A stretch of 64,000 bases of DNA from an uncultured Actinomycetota bacterium. GTDB taxonomy: Bacteria > Actinomycetota > Actinomycetes > Mycobacteriales > Mycobacteriaceae. The notes beneath the pieces were generated by a model that worked only from the letters and a program-made list of their open reading frames with translations, was not told the DNA's origin and did no database searches. Of this stretch, positions 8,810-19,581 are shown piece by piece. Made by a program: the position numbers and the translations under genes. The stretch lies in contig CAWCSO010000012.1 of NCBI GenBank assembly GCA_963798245.1, positions 361,358 to 425,357 of the forward strand, in the 5' to 3' direction. Within the stretch, counting starts at the first letter, position 1, and every line of letters starts with the position of its first letter.

Positions 8810-10984
8810 ATGACGATGCCCCCGGACGTGAATGACGCAGATTCAGCAGCTTCGCCACCGCCTGCGAGGCCGGCCCGCCGGCGGTCCCCTTCCCGGGTCA
8901 GCATCCAGTCGAAGCTGCTGATCATGCTGCTACTCACCAGCGTTCTGTCGGCCGCCGTGGTGGGTTTCGTCGGTTACCGGTCCGGGGTCGAATCGCTGCG
9001 TGCTTCGGCGTTCGAGCGGCTCACCGAGATTCGGGGAGCACAGACCCGGCACCTGCAGGCGACGGTGTCCAACATGACGAACTCGCTGGTCGTCTACACC
9101 CGCGGGGCAACCTCGGAAGAGGCGCTGCGCGCGTTCACCGCCGGCTTCAACGAACTCAACGACGCTCGGATCGCCCCGCCCCAGCAGAAGGAGATCGTCG
9201 ACCACTACCTCGACGTCTTCTCCCCCGCCGACGGCGAGGGGAACGAAGCCAAGGTCGACGTCGACGCTCTCCTGCCCAAGTCGAATCCGCAGCGTTACCT
9301 ACAGGCCTACTACTCGGCGCCATTCCAGAATCCGGAGGACGCCATCGCGCTCGACGATGCACGAGACGGCAGCGCGTGGTCTGCGGCCAATGCCCGGTAC
9401 AACGACTACTTCCGGGAGATCGTCGAGCGATTCAAATTCGAGGACGCGCTACTGATCGACACCAGCGGGACTGTCGTCTACTCGGCGTACAAGGGTGTCG
9501 ATCTCGGCACCAACGTGCTCAACGGGCCATACCGCGGCAGCAATCTGACCACCGCCTACAAGGAGGCGATGGACTCCAACGCCTTGGATTACGTCGCCAT
9601 CACCGATTTCGGGCCGTATCAGCCCTCACCCGAACCCACCGCGTGGGTGGTGTCGCCGGTCGGCCCAGCCTCCGACATCCAGGGCGTGCTGGCATTGCAG
9701 GTGCCCATTGCGAGCCTGAACCGGGTGATGACGTTCGACCGGAATTGGGAGGCTGCCGGCCTGGGCCGGACCGGTGAGACGATCCTGGTCGGTCCCGACG
9801 GGTTGATGCGCTCGGATTCCCGGCTGTTCATCGAGAACGAGGACGAATATCGCCAGCAGGTGGTGGCCGCGGGAACCCCCGCCGAGATCGCGGATCAGGC
9901 AATCCGCCAGCACGGCACCACCCTGGTGCAACCCGCGGCCAGCGAGGCGACGCGACGCGCCCTGCAGGGTCAGACCGGGACTCTGGTCGAGACGGACTAC
10001 GAAGGCCACCGCTCGTTGCAGGCCTACGCCCCGATCAGTCTGCCGGGCCTGAACTGGGTCATGGTGGCCAAGATCAACGCGACGGAGGCGTTCGGCCCCG
10101 TAGCCGCCTTCACCAGGACCGTCGTCCTGTCCACGGCGGCGATCATCTTCGTGGTGTGCATCGCGGCACTGCTGCTGGCGAGGTTGTTCGTACGCCCCAT
10201 TCGCCGACTCGAATCCGGTGCACAGCGGATCAGCTCCGGGGACTACGACGTCGCGCTCCCGGTCACCTCGAAGGACGAGTTCGGTGACCTCACCCAGACC
10301 TTCAACGAGATGAGCCGTAATCTGCGAATAAAGGAGGACCTGCTCGACGAGCAGCGCAGGGAGAACGACCGGCTGCTGCTGTCGCTGATGCCCGAACGCG
10401 TCGTGGCCCGTTACCGCGAGGGCGAGGAGACGATCGCCGAGGACCACCACGACGTCACCGTCATCTTCGCCGACGTCGTCGGGCTGGACGACTTGTCCAG
10501 CGAGCTGACGTCCGCCGAGTCCGTGTCGATCGTCAATCGCCTGGTCAGGCAGTTCGACGCCGCGGCCGAGGAACTCGGCGTGGAGAAGGTGCGCACGCTG
10601 CACAACGGCTATCTGGCCAGCTGCGGCCTGAACGTGCCCCGACTGGACAACGTGCGCAGAACGGTGGACTTCGCCATCGAGATGCAGCGCGCCGTGGACC
10701 GGTTCAACGCCGAGACCGGAAATCAGCTTGCCCTCCGCGCGGGAATCAACACCGGCACCGTGACGAGCGGGCTGGTGGGGCGTTCCAGCTTGGCCTTCGA
10801 CATGTGGGGCGCCGCAGTCAACCTGGCCTATCACGTCCAGAGTCAGTACCCGCAGCCCGGCGTGTACGTGACCGAGCAGGTGCATCAGAGGTTGCGGGAC
10901 TCGCGACAGTTCACCTCGGCCGGTGAGATCAGCGTCAAGGGCGTCAAGGAGCCGATCTGGCGACTGACGGAGCAGCGGGCATGA
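8810..10984 (+). CDS. membrane class III adenylate/guanylate cyclase-like protein (Cache-HAMP-CHD), Rv2435c-like, catalytically degenerate
   Basis: two TM helices, extracellular sensor, HAMP (DEFGDLTQTFNEM), CHD (IFADVVG...GINTG...DMWG). Confidence 0.85.
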   Translation: MTMPPDVNDADSAASPPPARPARRRSPSRVSIQSKLLIMLLLTSVLSAAVVGFVGYRSGVESLRASAFERLTEIRGAQTRHLQATVSNMTNSLVVYTRGATSEEALRAFTAGFNELNDARIAPPQQKEIVDHYLDVFSPADGEGNEAKVDVDALLPKSNPQRYLQAYYSAPFQNPEDAIALDDARDGSAWSAANARYNDYFREIVERFKFEDALLIDTSGTVVYSAYKGVDLGTNVLNGPYRGSNLTTAYKEAMDSNALDYVAITDFGPYQPSPEPTAWVVSPVGPASDIQGVLALQVPIASLNRVMTFDRNWEAAGLGRTGETILVGPDGLMRSDSRLFIENEDEYRQQVVAAGTPAEIADQAIRQHGTTLVQPAASEATRRALQGQTGTLVETDYEGHRSLQAYAPISLPGLNWVMVAKINATEAFGPVAAFTRTVVLSTAAIIFVVCIAALLLARLFVRPIRRLESGAQRISSGDYDVALPVTSKDEFGDLTQTFNEMSRNLRIKEDLLDEQRRENDRLLLSLMPERVVARYREGEETIAEDHHDVTVIFADVVGLDDLSSELTSAESVSIVNRLVRQFDAAAEELGVEKVRTLHNGYLASCGLNVPRLDNVRRTVDFAIEMQRAVDRFNAETGNQLALRAGINTGTVTSGLVGRSSLAFDMWGAAVNLAYHVQSQYPQPGVYVTEQVHQRLRDSRQFTSAGEISVKGVKEPIWRLTEQRA

Positions 10985-12384
10985 CCGACGTGCTGGCGGC
11001 GCCCTGGTTCTGGTGGGCCGTCGGCGTCGCAGTTGGGCTGCCGCTGGCGCTGGTTGCGCTGACCGAAGTTCACAACTCGCTGATCCGTCGGCGCAGTCAC
11101 CTCGCCAGACCGGTGAACCTCGTCCGCAACTACGTGCTGCCGCTCGGTGCGTTGCTGTTGCTTCTGGTCAAGGCCACCGAGGTGTCTGCCGAGGCAACCA
11201 CGGTCCGGATCATCGCGACCGTGCTCGGGTTCGTCGTGCTGGTGCTCGTGCTGTCCGGGCTGAACGCGACGATGTTTCAGGGCGCACCCGAAGGCAGTTG
11301 GCGCAAACGAGTTCCCTCGATCTTCCTCGACGTAGGCCGGTTCGTGGTGATCGCGGTGGGCATCACGTTCACCTTCTCCTACGTGTGGGGGGCCAACGTC
11401 GGCGGCTTGTTCGCCGCGCTGGGCATCGGTTCGATCGTCCTCGGGCTGACGCTGCAGAACTCCGTGGGGCAGATCATCTCCGGACTGCTGGTGCTCTTCG
11501 AGCAGCCGTTCCAACTCGGCGACTGGGTGGCGACCCGATGGATCGACGGCGGCCGCGTCGTGGAGGTGAACTGGCGGGCCACCCACCTCGAGTCCGACAG
11601 TGGCGTGTACGTGCTGCCCAACTCGCTGCTCGCCACCGAGTGGTTCGTCAACCTCAGCCTTCCGCGCGACGACCACTCGATCCAGGTGGTCACGGTCTTC
11701 TCGACCAGCGATTCGCCCGATGCGGTGTGCGGGATGCTGACCAGCGTGGCCGGCCAGCTGCCACTGTTGCGCCCAGGCGCCGAGCCGGAGTCGCGCAAGG
11801 GCCACGGGGGCGAGTACACGACGACGATCCCGCTGCACACGCCCGCCGACGACGGCGCGACGCGCTCGGCGTTCCTGCGTTGGGTCTGGTATGCCGCCCG
11901 ACGCGCCGAACTGCATCTCGACGGTGCCGACGACGAGTTCCCCACCGCCGTCCAAGAGGAGGACGCGCTGCGCCTCGTCGGACGGACACTTCGACTCGGG
12001 CGTACCGATCAACAGCTGCTTCGCGAACACGTCCGGGTGGTCCGGTTCGGGACCGACGAGACGATGCAGCTCGCGGGCGAGGTGCCCGAGGTCATGACGT
12101 TCGTGGTGAGCGGCCGGGTGCGGCTGTCGGTGACCACCGACGAGGACGTGATGATCGCGATCCGGACGTTGGATAGCGGCGACTTCCTGGGGCAGACCAG
12201 TTTGACAAGGGAGCCCGTGCGCGCCGCCGCCCGGGCCCTCGACGAGGTCACCGTCGCTCAGGTCGACCGGGAGCACATCGAACGGCTGGTCCTTCAGAGC
12301 CCGTTGCTGATGCAGGAGATCGGCCGCGCCATCGAGGAACGTCGGTCGTCGCTGCAGCGGATCCTGTCCGGTCCGCGGGCCTAG
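10981..12384 (+). CDS. MscS mechanosensitive channel with C-terminal cNMP-binding domain (Rv2434c-like)
   Basis: [30 protein letters not shown] MscS core; GDFLGQTSL cNMP domain; ATGA overlap with cyclase. Confidence 0.88.
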   Translation: MTDVLAAPWFWWAVGVAVGLPLALVALTEVHNSLIRRRSHLARPVNLVRNYVLPLGALLLLLVKATEVSAEATTVRIIATVLGFVVLVLVLSGLNATMFQGAPEGSWRKRVPSIFLDVGRFVVIAVGITFTFSYVWGANVGGLFAALGIGSIVLGLTLQNSVGQIISGLLVLFEQPFQLGDWVATRWIDGGRVVEVNWRATHLESDSGVYVLPNSLLATEWFVNLSLPRDDHSIQVVTVFSTSDSPDAVCGMLTSVAGQLPLLRPGAEPESRKGHGGEYTTTIPLHTPADDGATRSAFLRWVWYAARRAELHLDGADDEFPTAVQEEDALRLVGRTLRLGRTDQQLLREHVRVVRFGTDETMQLAGEVPEVMTFVVSGRVRLSVTTDEDVMIAIRTLDSGDFLGQTSLTREPVRAAARALDEVTVAQVDREHIERLVLQSPLLMQEIGRAIEERRSSLQRILSGPRA

Positions 12385-12395
12385 CGGGGACGGCG

Positions 12396-13646
12396 ATGAC
12401 GACTCGACGGCGGATGCCACGGCCCGCCGATCTGGCGCCCCTGATCCGCTTCAAGCGGCCCGAGTTCAACACGACCAGGCGGAGGCTCGACGCCGCACTG
12501 ACCATCTCCGACCTCCGGGACATCGCGAGGCGACGCACGCCGAGAGCAGCGTTCGACTACACCGACGGCGCCGCCGAGGACGAAATCTCGCTGGCGCGTG
12601 CGCGACAGGCGTTTCGCGACGTCGAGTTCCATCCGACGATCCTGCGAGACGTCGCGACGGTCGACACCGGCCGCGATGTGCTCGGCGGCCACGTCGCGTT
12701 GCCGTTCGGCATCGCGCCGACGGGATTCACAAGGTTGATGCAGACCGAGGGTGAGATCGCGGGGGCGCGAGCGGCCGCAAGGGCGGGCATTCCGTTCTCG
12801 CTGTCGACTCTCGGGACCTCCTCGATCGAGGACGTCCGGGCGGCGAATCCCGACGGCCGCAACTGGTTTCAGCTCTACATGTGGAAGGACCGCGAGCGGT
12901 CGATGGCGCTCGTCGAGCGTGCCGCGACGGCGGGGTACGACACGTTGCTGGTCACCGTCGACGTCCCCGTCGCCGGCAATCGCCTGCGCGACACGCGCAA
13001 CGGCATGTCGATCCCACCGGCGCTGACGATGCGCACGGTGCTCGATGCCGTACCTCATCCGCGATGGTGGTTCGATCTGCTCACCACCGAACCGCTGGCA
13101 TTCGCCTCCCTCGACCGGCTGCCGGGAACGGTCGCCGAGTACCTCGACAGCGCCTTCGACCCGACGGTGACGTTCTCGGACCTGGCGTGGATCAAGGAGC
13201 AGTGGCCGAACAAGTTGGTGGTCAAGGGCATTCAGACCCTCGATGATGCCAGGGCGGTGGCCGACGCCGGTGCCGACGGCTTGATACTCTCCAATCACGG
13301 TGGCCGCCAACTCGATCGGGCGCCCGTGCCCTTCCACCTGTTGCCGACGGTGGCGCGGGAGGTCGGTGGATCCTGTGAGGTTTTGCTGGATAGCGGCGTC
13401 ATGTCCGGTGCCGATGTCGTGGCGGCCGTCGCCTTGGGCGCGCGGTTCACGTTGGTCGGACGCGCTTACCTCTACGGCCTGATGGCCGGCGGTGAGGCGG
13501 GCGTCGATCGGGCCATCGAGATCCTGTCATCGCAGCTCAGGCGCACCATGGCACTACTGGGGGTCACGTCGCTCGACGAGTTGGCACCGCATCACGTGAC
13601 CCAGTTGCACCGCTTCTCGCGCGGCATGTCACCGCCTCCGCCTTAG
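12396..13646 (+). CDS. lldD2: FMN-dependent L-lactate dehydrogenase (alpha-hydroxy-acid oxidase)
   Basis: SNHGGRQLD motif; [11 protein letters not shown]; Rv1872c-like position. Confidence 0.88.
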   Translation: MTTRRRMPRPADLAPLIRFKRPEFNTTRRRLDAALTISDLRDIARRRTPRAAFDYTDGAAEDEISLARARQAFRDVEFHPTILRDVATVDTGRDVLGGHVALPFGIAPTGFTRLMQTEGEIAGARAAARAGIPFSLSTLGTSSIEDVRAANPDGRNWFQLYMWKDRERSMALVERAATAGYDTLLVTVDVPVAGNRLRDTRNGMSIPPALTMRTVLDAVPHPRWWFDLLTTEPLAFASLDRLPGTVAEYLDSAFDPTVTFSDLAWIKEQWPNKLVVKGIQTLDDARAVADAGADGLILSNHGGRQLDRAPVPFHLLPTVAREVGGSCEVLLDSGVMSGADVVAAVALGARFTLVGRAYLYGLMAGGEAGVDRAIEILSSQLRRTMALLGVTSLDELAPHHVTQLHRFSRGMSPPPP

Positions 13647-13791
13647 TCACTCTTTGCAATCCATTCACACTGGTCACAGCGAACGACGACGGATCTTGCG
13701 GCGTCGAGGTCTCCGGCCCGAGTCCTGATCGTTAGCCAACCGCGACGTCAGAACGCGGTGTTGATCAACGGGGCGAACCACATCCACGTGA

Positions 13792-14859
<1,068 letters not shown>

Positions 14860-14876
14860 GCCCCAGACGCGAGACC

Positions 14877-14915
14877 GGGGAGCCTGCCGTAACCCCCCCG
14901 TACGGCAGGCTCCCC
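14877..14915. terminator. hairpin terminator between convergent genes
   Basis: ggggagcctgccgta-N9-tacggcaggctcccc perfect 15-bp stem. Confidence 0.8.
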
Positions 14916-14946
14916 TCTTGCGTGCCCGTCTCTTGGATGCCAAGCG

Positions 14947-16224
14947 TCACAGTCGGATGCGCTGCTCGATGTCCTCGGAGAACTCCGCGAGCATCGCGTC
15001 GGTCAGCGTCGGCCGGGTGTCGGCAATGGCGGCCAGGAAGTCGGCGGTGCACGGGGGATCGCCACGGCGACTCTCGATTTCACGTTCGAAGGCAGACTGT
15101 GCGCCCTTTCGCGAAGCGAACTCGATGTCGGCCGGGGTGAACATCTCGCTGGCGCGCACGAGTTCGTCGACATCCACGGTCGTGACCGTGGGGCCCAGGT
15201 AGCGGTGCCAGATCGCGGCCCGCGCCGTCGCATCGGGCGGTCCGATCGGAATGATGTAGTCGAACCGACCGGGTCGCAGGAATGCCTGATCCAGCGACCG
15301 CACCGAGTTCGTCGCGCAGACCAGTAAGCGCTCGTCGTGCTGTCGGAACGCCGGAATCAGCTTGAGCAGTTCGTTCGTGACCCCATGTGCGGGGTCCGAC
15401 GGAATCCCCGATCGTGAACCGGCGATCTCCTCGACCTCGTCGATGAACACGACCGCGGACTCGAGATCCATGAGTGCGGCAAACGTCTCGCGCAGCGCGC
15501 TGCTCATCGCCATGTCGGGCGTCGCCAGTCGGGAGGGGAACAACTCGACGAACGGCCATCCGAGACGCCCCGCCACGGCCTTGGCGAAGCTCGTCTTGCC
15601 GGTGCCCGGTGGACCGAACAGGATGACGGCCTTGGGCGGCGACACTCCATACCGTTGGGCGACATCGGGTTCGGCAATGGGCAGTACCAGGCGTCGTTCG
15701 ATGATCGCCTTCTCGGCTTCCATCCCCGCCATCGCGTGCCAGAGGCCCGGCGCGAGAACCTGTCCGCCCAGAGCGCCCAGTAAGGCGGCGTCCGAGGCGC
15801 CGACGTGGTCGACCTTCTCGTAGTAGGTAAGGCCGTGGCGTTCGGTGAAGCCGGAGTTGAGCAACGCGATCGATCCCGTTGCCTCCGGTGGCAGCAGGGC
15901 ACTGATCCGCCGTACGCCGCCGGTACGCAGCCGCAGTTCCAGGTTCTCGAAGAGTGCGCTGCCGACTCCCTGCTGCCGCCAGCCACTGCTGAGCGCGATC
16001 AGCGAGACCCATGCACGCTCGCCGTGTACCTGCGCCACGGCGATTCCGATCAATTGCTCACCGACCACCGCCACGACGGTCGGCTGGCCGGACCGGGCGG
16101 CCGATACCACCTCGGAGACGGGGAATACGGGCGGCGGGTCGTCGACCCGTCGGTTCTGCTCCCAAAGCGAGATGGCCTGATCGAGGTCGTCGTCGTGGAA
16201 GTCGCGCAAGCGCCAAGGTGTCAT
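14947..16224 (-). CDS. GNAT acetyltransferase-AAA ATPase fusion
   Basis: GNAT motif A (WRQQGVGSAL); Walker A GPPGTGKT, Walker B VFIDEVE, ATN sensor, RPGRFD arginine finger. Confidence 0.88.
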   Translation of the reverse strand: MTPWRLRDFHDDDLDQAISLWEQNRRVDDPPPVFPVSEVVSAARSGQPTVVAVVGEQLIGIAVAQVHGERAWVSLIALSSGWRQQGVGSALFENLELRLRTGGVRRISALLPPEATGSIALLNSGFTERHGLTYYEKVDHVGASDAALLGALGGQVLAPGLWHAMAGMEAEKAIIERRLVLPIAEPDVAQRYGVSPPKAVILFGPPGTGKTSFAKAVAGRLGWPFVELFPSRLATPDMAMSSALRETFAALMDLESAVVFIDEVEEIAGSRSGIPSDPAHGVTNELLKLIPAFRQHDERLLVCATNSVRSLDQAFLRPGRFDYIIPIGPPDATARAAIWHRYLGPTVTTVDVDELVRASEMFTPADIEFASRKGAQSAFEREIESRRGDPPCTADFLAAIADTRPTLTDAMLAEFSEDIEQRIRL

Positions 16225-16333
16225 TCCCCTATGTACCGAGCCGATGTCGGGGCCCGCATCGCCCAACTGGGGGTTTCGCGAGGGGATGACGAGAGCAACC
16301 GATTCGGTCCAGCGTCGCGGTATGGGTGGGCAG

Positions 16334-16993
16334 TCAGGGTGTGGTGCAGACGAACTCGTCGCCGTAGAAGTCGACGGTGACCTCCCCCTGGTGCTCCCAG
16401 AATTCGACGCCGTCACGGCCGTACCTGGCGCCGCTGCCCGACTGCTCGGCGAAGACGGTGGCCGAATCGGTGCCCCGCGTCAGTACGGCCACAGGCGGGT
16501 CGAACTGGTTGTAGAACCGCGCGGTGAATGGCTTGGTGGGGTCGGGACAGCGGTAGATCACCGTCTGCGGTTGGACCGTGTCGGGGTCGTCCACCTTCAG
16601 CTCGAAGAGCCGGGTCCGGTACGCCTCGAGAATGCAGCGGTGCGGGTCGTCGGCCTTCCAGCAGTCGTCACGACCCGTTACCCAACCGTTCTGGGTGGCC
16701 GTCAGCGCCGCGGTGTCGGCGCCAGACCCCGCAAGGGCGTGTTCGTACTCCGCGGCCAACTGCACGTCCAGGCGAGCAAGTTCCGGGTCGTCGCAGACGA
16801 TCTTCGCCGCATCGGCGTCTGCCTTCGTGCAGTCGAACGACGGCGCGGCGCCGGTCTGCGGGCTCGTCACCGCGGCTGAGGACGTGGCCGCCGAGGTCGA
16901 CGACGGGGTCTCGCCTTGCCCGTCGTTCGCGGGACCCGAACCGCAGGCGCTCACCGCCACCGCGACCAATGCCAGCGCCAGAGAAGTCTTCAT
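16334..16993 (-). CDS. LprI/MliC-domain lysozyme-inhibitor lipoprotein
   Basis: lipobox VSAC; PSFDCTKA and Q..W...RDDC (LprI); SGSGARY..FWEHQG (MliC). Confidence 0.85.
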   Translation of the reverse strand: MKTSLALALVAVAVSACGSGPANDGQGETPSSTSAATSSAAVTSPQTGAAPSFDCTKADADAAKIVCDDPELARLDVQLAAEYEHALAGSGADTAALTATQNGWVTGRDDCWKADDPHRCILEAYRTRLFELKVDDPDTVQPQTVIYRCPDPTKPFTARFYNQFDPPVAVLTRGTDSATVFAEQSGSGARYGRDGVEFWEHQGEVTVDFYGDEFVCTTP

Positions 16994-17152
16994 CCGGCCA
17001 CACAATCACACCGACCCGCGGAGGCGACTACGGTCCCGAGAAGCGGTCCTCTCGCGACCCGACCTGGAACGACGCACGGTCGGCACGGTTTCGCCGTGCG
17101 GGATGCGCAACGACCACTTCCAGGACGTGTCGCGTCGTCGACAAGGCCGCCT

Positions 17153-17855
17153 TCACAGTGCGTTTCGCGCGGCAAGCAGCAGCTCGAGCATGTCGCGGCG
17201 TTCGGTCGGGTCCAGGACCGAGTACGCGGGTGCGACGAGCTGATCGGTGAGGTCTTCGGCGGCCCGGCGCCGGTCGGCGAAGGCGTGCGGGGGCGGAAAG
17301 GGCTCGGGGTCATCCTTGCCGAGGATCGCTTCAAGGGCAGTGAGCTGGTAGGCGGCGCATGCCTGGATGTGGAGGTCGCCGCGCATTTCCCGCAGTACGT
17401 GCACGGCGAGCGCGGCGGCTGCCGCCGGGTTCGACGGCACGGGTTCTGCGCGCCATCCGGCGAACAGTGAAAGGCCCATGGGCTGGTGCACGGAGTCGGC
17501 CACACGCCGCCCGAGTTCGGCGAGCCGGTCGATGCCCGGCAGGTCGGCGAACAGCTGCTGGCCCCATTCGGCCAGGCCGCGGGCGTAGACCCGGGCGCAC
17601 TCGCGTGGGGGAAGCACCGCTACGGCTTCGCGATCACCGCCTGCGGCGGGAAGAACGCGAACGCGGACGCGACCACCGCCGGGTCGCAGTCACCGAGTAC
17701 GCCGCCGCGGCCGGCGGCGTAGAGGGCGAACCGGTCCGTGAGGCCGGCGTTTGCGCCGACACGCTGCACGGTCTCGGCGAAGAACCATGCCCCGCCGAGG
17801 CGGTGCACCAGCGGGCAGACTCCCGTTTACGAAGTCTCCGAGTTCGGCGTGCAAG
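17153..17855 (-). CDS. SCO6745-like helical protein, frameshifted; start uncertain
   Basis: YAAGRGGVLGD..VASAFAFF and LFAGWRA..LREMRGDLH motifs in different frames. Confidence 0.65.
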
Positions 17856-17859
17856 TGCT

Positions 17860-18842
17860 GAGCCGGTGACCGCGCTCCTCGGGCTTCCTCCGGGACTGTC
17901 TTGGGCTGCTTGGCTTCCGAGGTGGGTGCGGAACCAGTCGCAGGCGGGGTCAACGGAGGCATCGAAGGCCTCGTCGTAGCCGACGAAGTGGCTACCGGGG
18001 ATCAGGACGAGCTTCTTTGGGTGTCGGGCTCGCTCGTAGGCGTCGAGCTGCAGATCGGTGAAGGCAACCTCGTCATGGGTGGTGACCACCAGGAGCAGCG
18101 GGGTGGGGGCTATCCGAGCGATGTAGCTTCCGGGTTCGTACTCCCGCGTTCGGGCCAGCGATTGCAGGGTGACGGCGTTGACGAACGTCGATGGTTGGCT
18201 GGCCGGCCGGTTCATGAACTCGTGCGCTTCGGTCCCGGCGTACACCGGCGGCACACCGGTCCCGTCCTCGACCAGCGGGCGTAGTTGGGGGGGCGCGCCG
18301 GCGTAGATGGCTTCGCGGTCGGCGAACTGGGCGGCCACCGCGGCATCGGCGGCGTGCGGTCGGGACTCGTCGGCGTGCGGCTTGCGACCCGCCGATGGTC
18401 GGTACCTGCGCGACGACCGCCCGGACGCGGGGGTCGATGGCGCCGAGCACGCAGGGCGTGCCCGCCACTGAAGCTGGTGCCCCAGACCCCGATGCGCCCG
18501 GCGTCGACGTCGGCGCGGGACCGGGCGTAGGAGATGGCGTGCTGGCAGTCGTGGATCTGTGTCCACGGGTCGACGTCCTGGCGTGGCTGGCCGTCGCTGT
18601 CGCCGAAGCCGCGGTGGTCGTACGACCAATACGCGCAGGCCTGCGTCGGCGAACCGGGCGGCGATGCGGTCGAGGTACTGCGCCTTGACCGCGCCGAAAC
18701 CTCCCGACATGACGACGGTGGGCGCCGGCCCGGATCCAGTGTCCGGATGGAACACCCACCCGCGAAGTGTGGCGTCACCGGCACGGAATTCGACATCCTC
18801 GGGTCCCGCCTTGGTAACGGGGGTCGTGTTGAGAGACGGCAT
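17860..18842 (-). CDS. alpha/beta hydrolase (S15/AidA-like), frameshifted; 3' end uncertain
   Basis: YDHRGFGDSDG, GTSFSGGH nucleophile elbow, AQVP, D...GSHF distributed over three frames. Confidence 0.75.
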
Positions 18843-18852
18843 GTTTCGGCTC

Positions 18853-19581
18853 CTACTTAGCGGTGGGTGTGGTGTCGATCTCGCCCGGGACGCCCCCGAA
18901 GCGGCGCAGCACCGACAGTGCGGATGCGGGTTTGCCGTGGCCGAAGTGCAGGCGGCTTGCTCCGGCGGCGAGCACTGCGCGGGTGCCGGTGGTGATCTGG
19001 TCGGTGTCCTGGGCCAGAAATGGCAGGTTCGGGTGGTCGCGGCGGAACATGCCACCGGCGAGGAGGTCACCGACGAGCGCATCGCCGTCTTGCCGATGTA
19101 GCACGGTGATGGACCCTGGGGTGTGCCCAGGCGTGTGCAGCACCGACAGCGCGACCCCGTAGTCGTCCAGCGCTTGACCATCTTCGGGCAACACGTCGGG
19201 GCTGAAGGCGTCGAAGGTGGGTTGGAGCATACGGAGCAGCAGATGTCCGAACGGCCGGATCGGCGTGTAGAACTCGCTTCGCCCCGCGGCCGCCCAGTCC
19301 GCTTCGGCGGGGTGTACCGCGATTGGGACGCCGAGCAGTTCACGCAGGGCGGCGGCTGCGCCGGCGTGGTCGGGGTGGCAGTGCGTCAGCACGATCAGCG
19401 TGATGGTGTCCGGGTCGATTCCTGCGCGGGCCAGCCTCTTCAACAGGCGCCTCTCGCCACCCGGGGGGCCCGTGTCCACCAGTATGGTTCGGGCACCGCG
19501 CACCGCGTAGGCGGTGGACACGCCGAGGTCGACCGCGACGACGGCGGAGGCTGGACCGTGGTGTTTCGACGTCATCGACAT
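18853..19581 (-). CDS. MBL-fold metallo-hydrolase
   Basis: THCHPDHAG, HTPGHTPGS, GD, HFGHG metal-binding motifs. Confidence 0.9.
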   Translation of the reverse strand: MSMTSKHHGPASAVVAVDLGVSTAYAVRGARTILVDTGPPGGERRLLKRLARAGIDPDTITLIVLTHCHPDHAGAAAALRELLGVPIAVHPAEADWAAAGRSEFYTPIRPFGHLLLRMLQPTFDAFSPDVLPEDGQALDDYGVALSVLHTPGHTPGSITVLHRQDGDALVGDLLAGGMFRRDHPNLPFLAQDTDQITTGTRAVLAAGASRLHFGHGKPASALSVLRRFGGVPGEIDTTPTAK

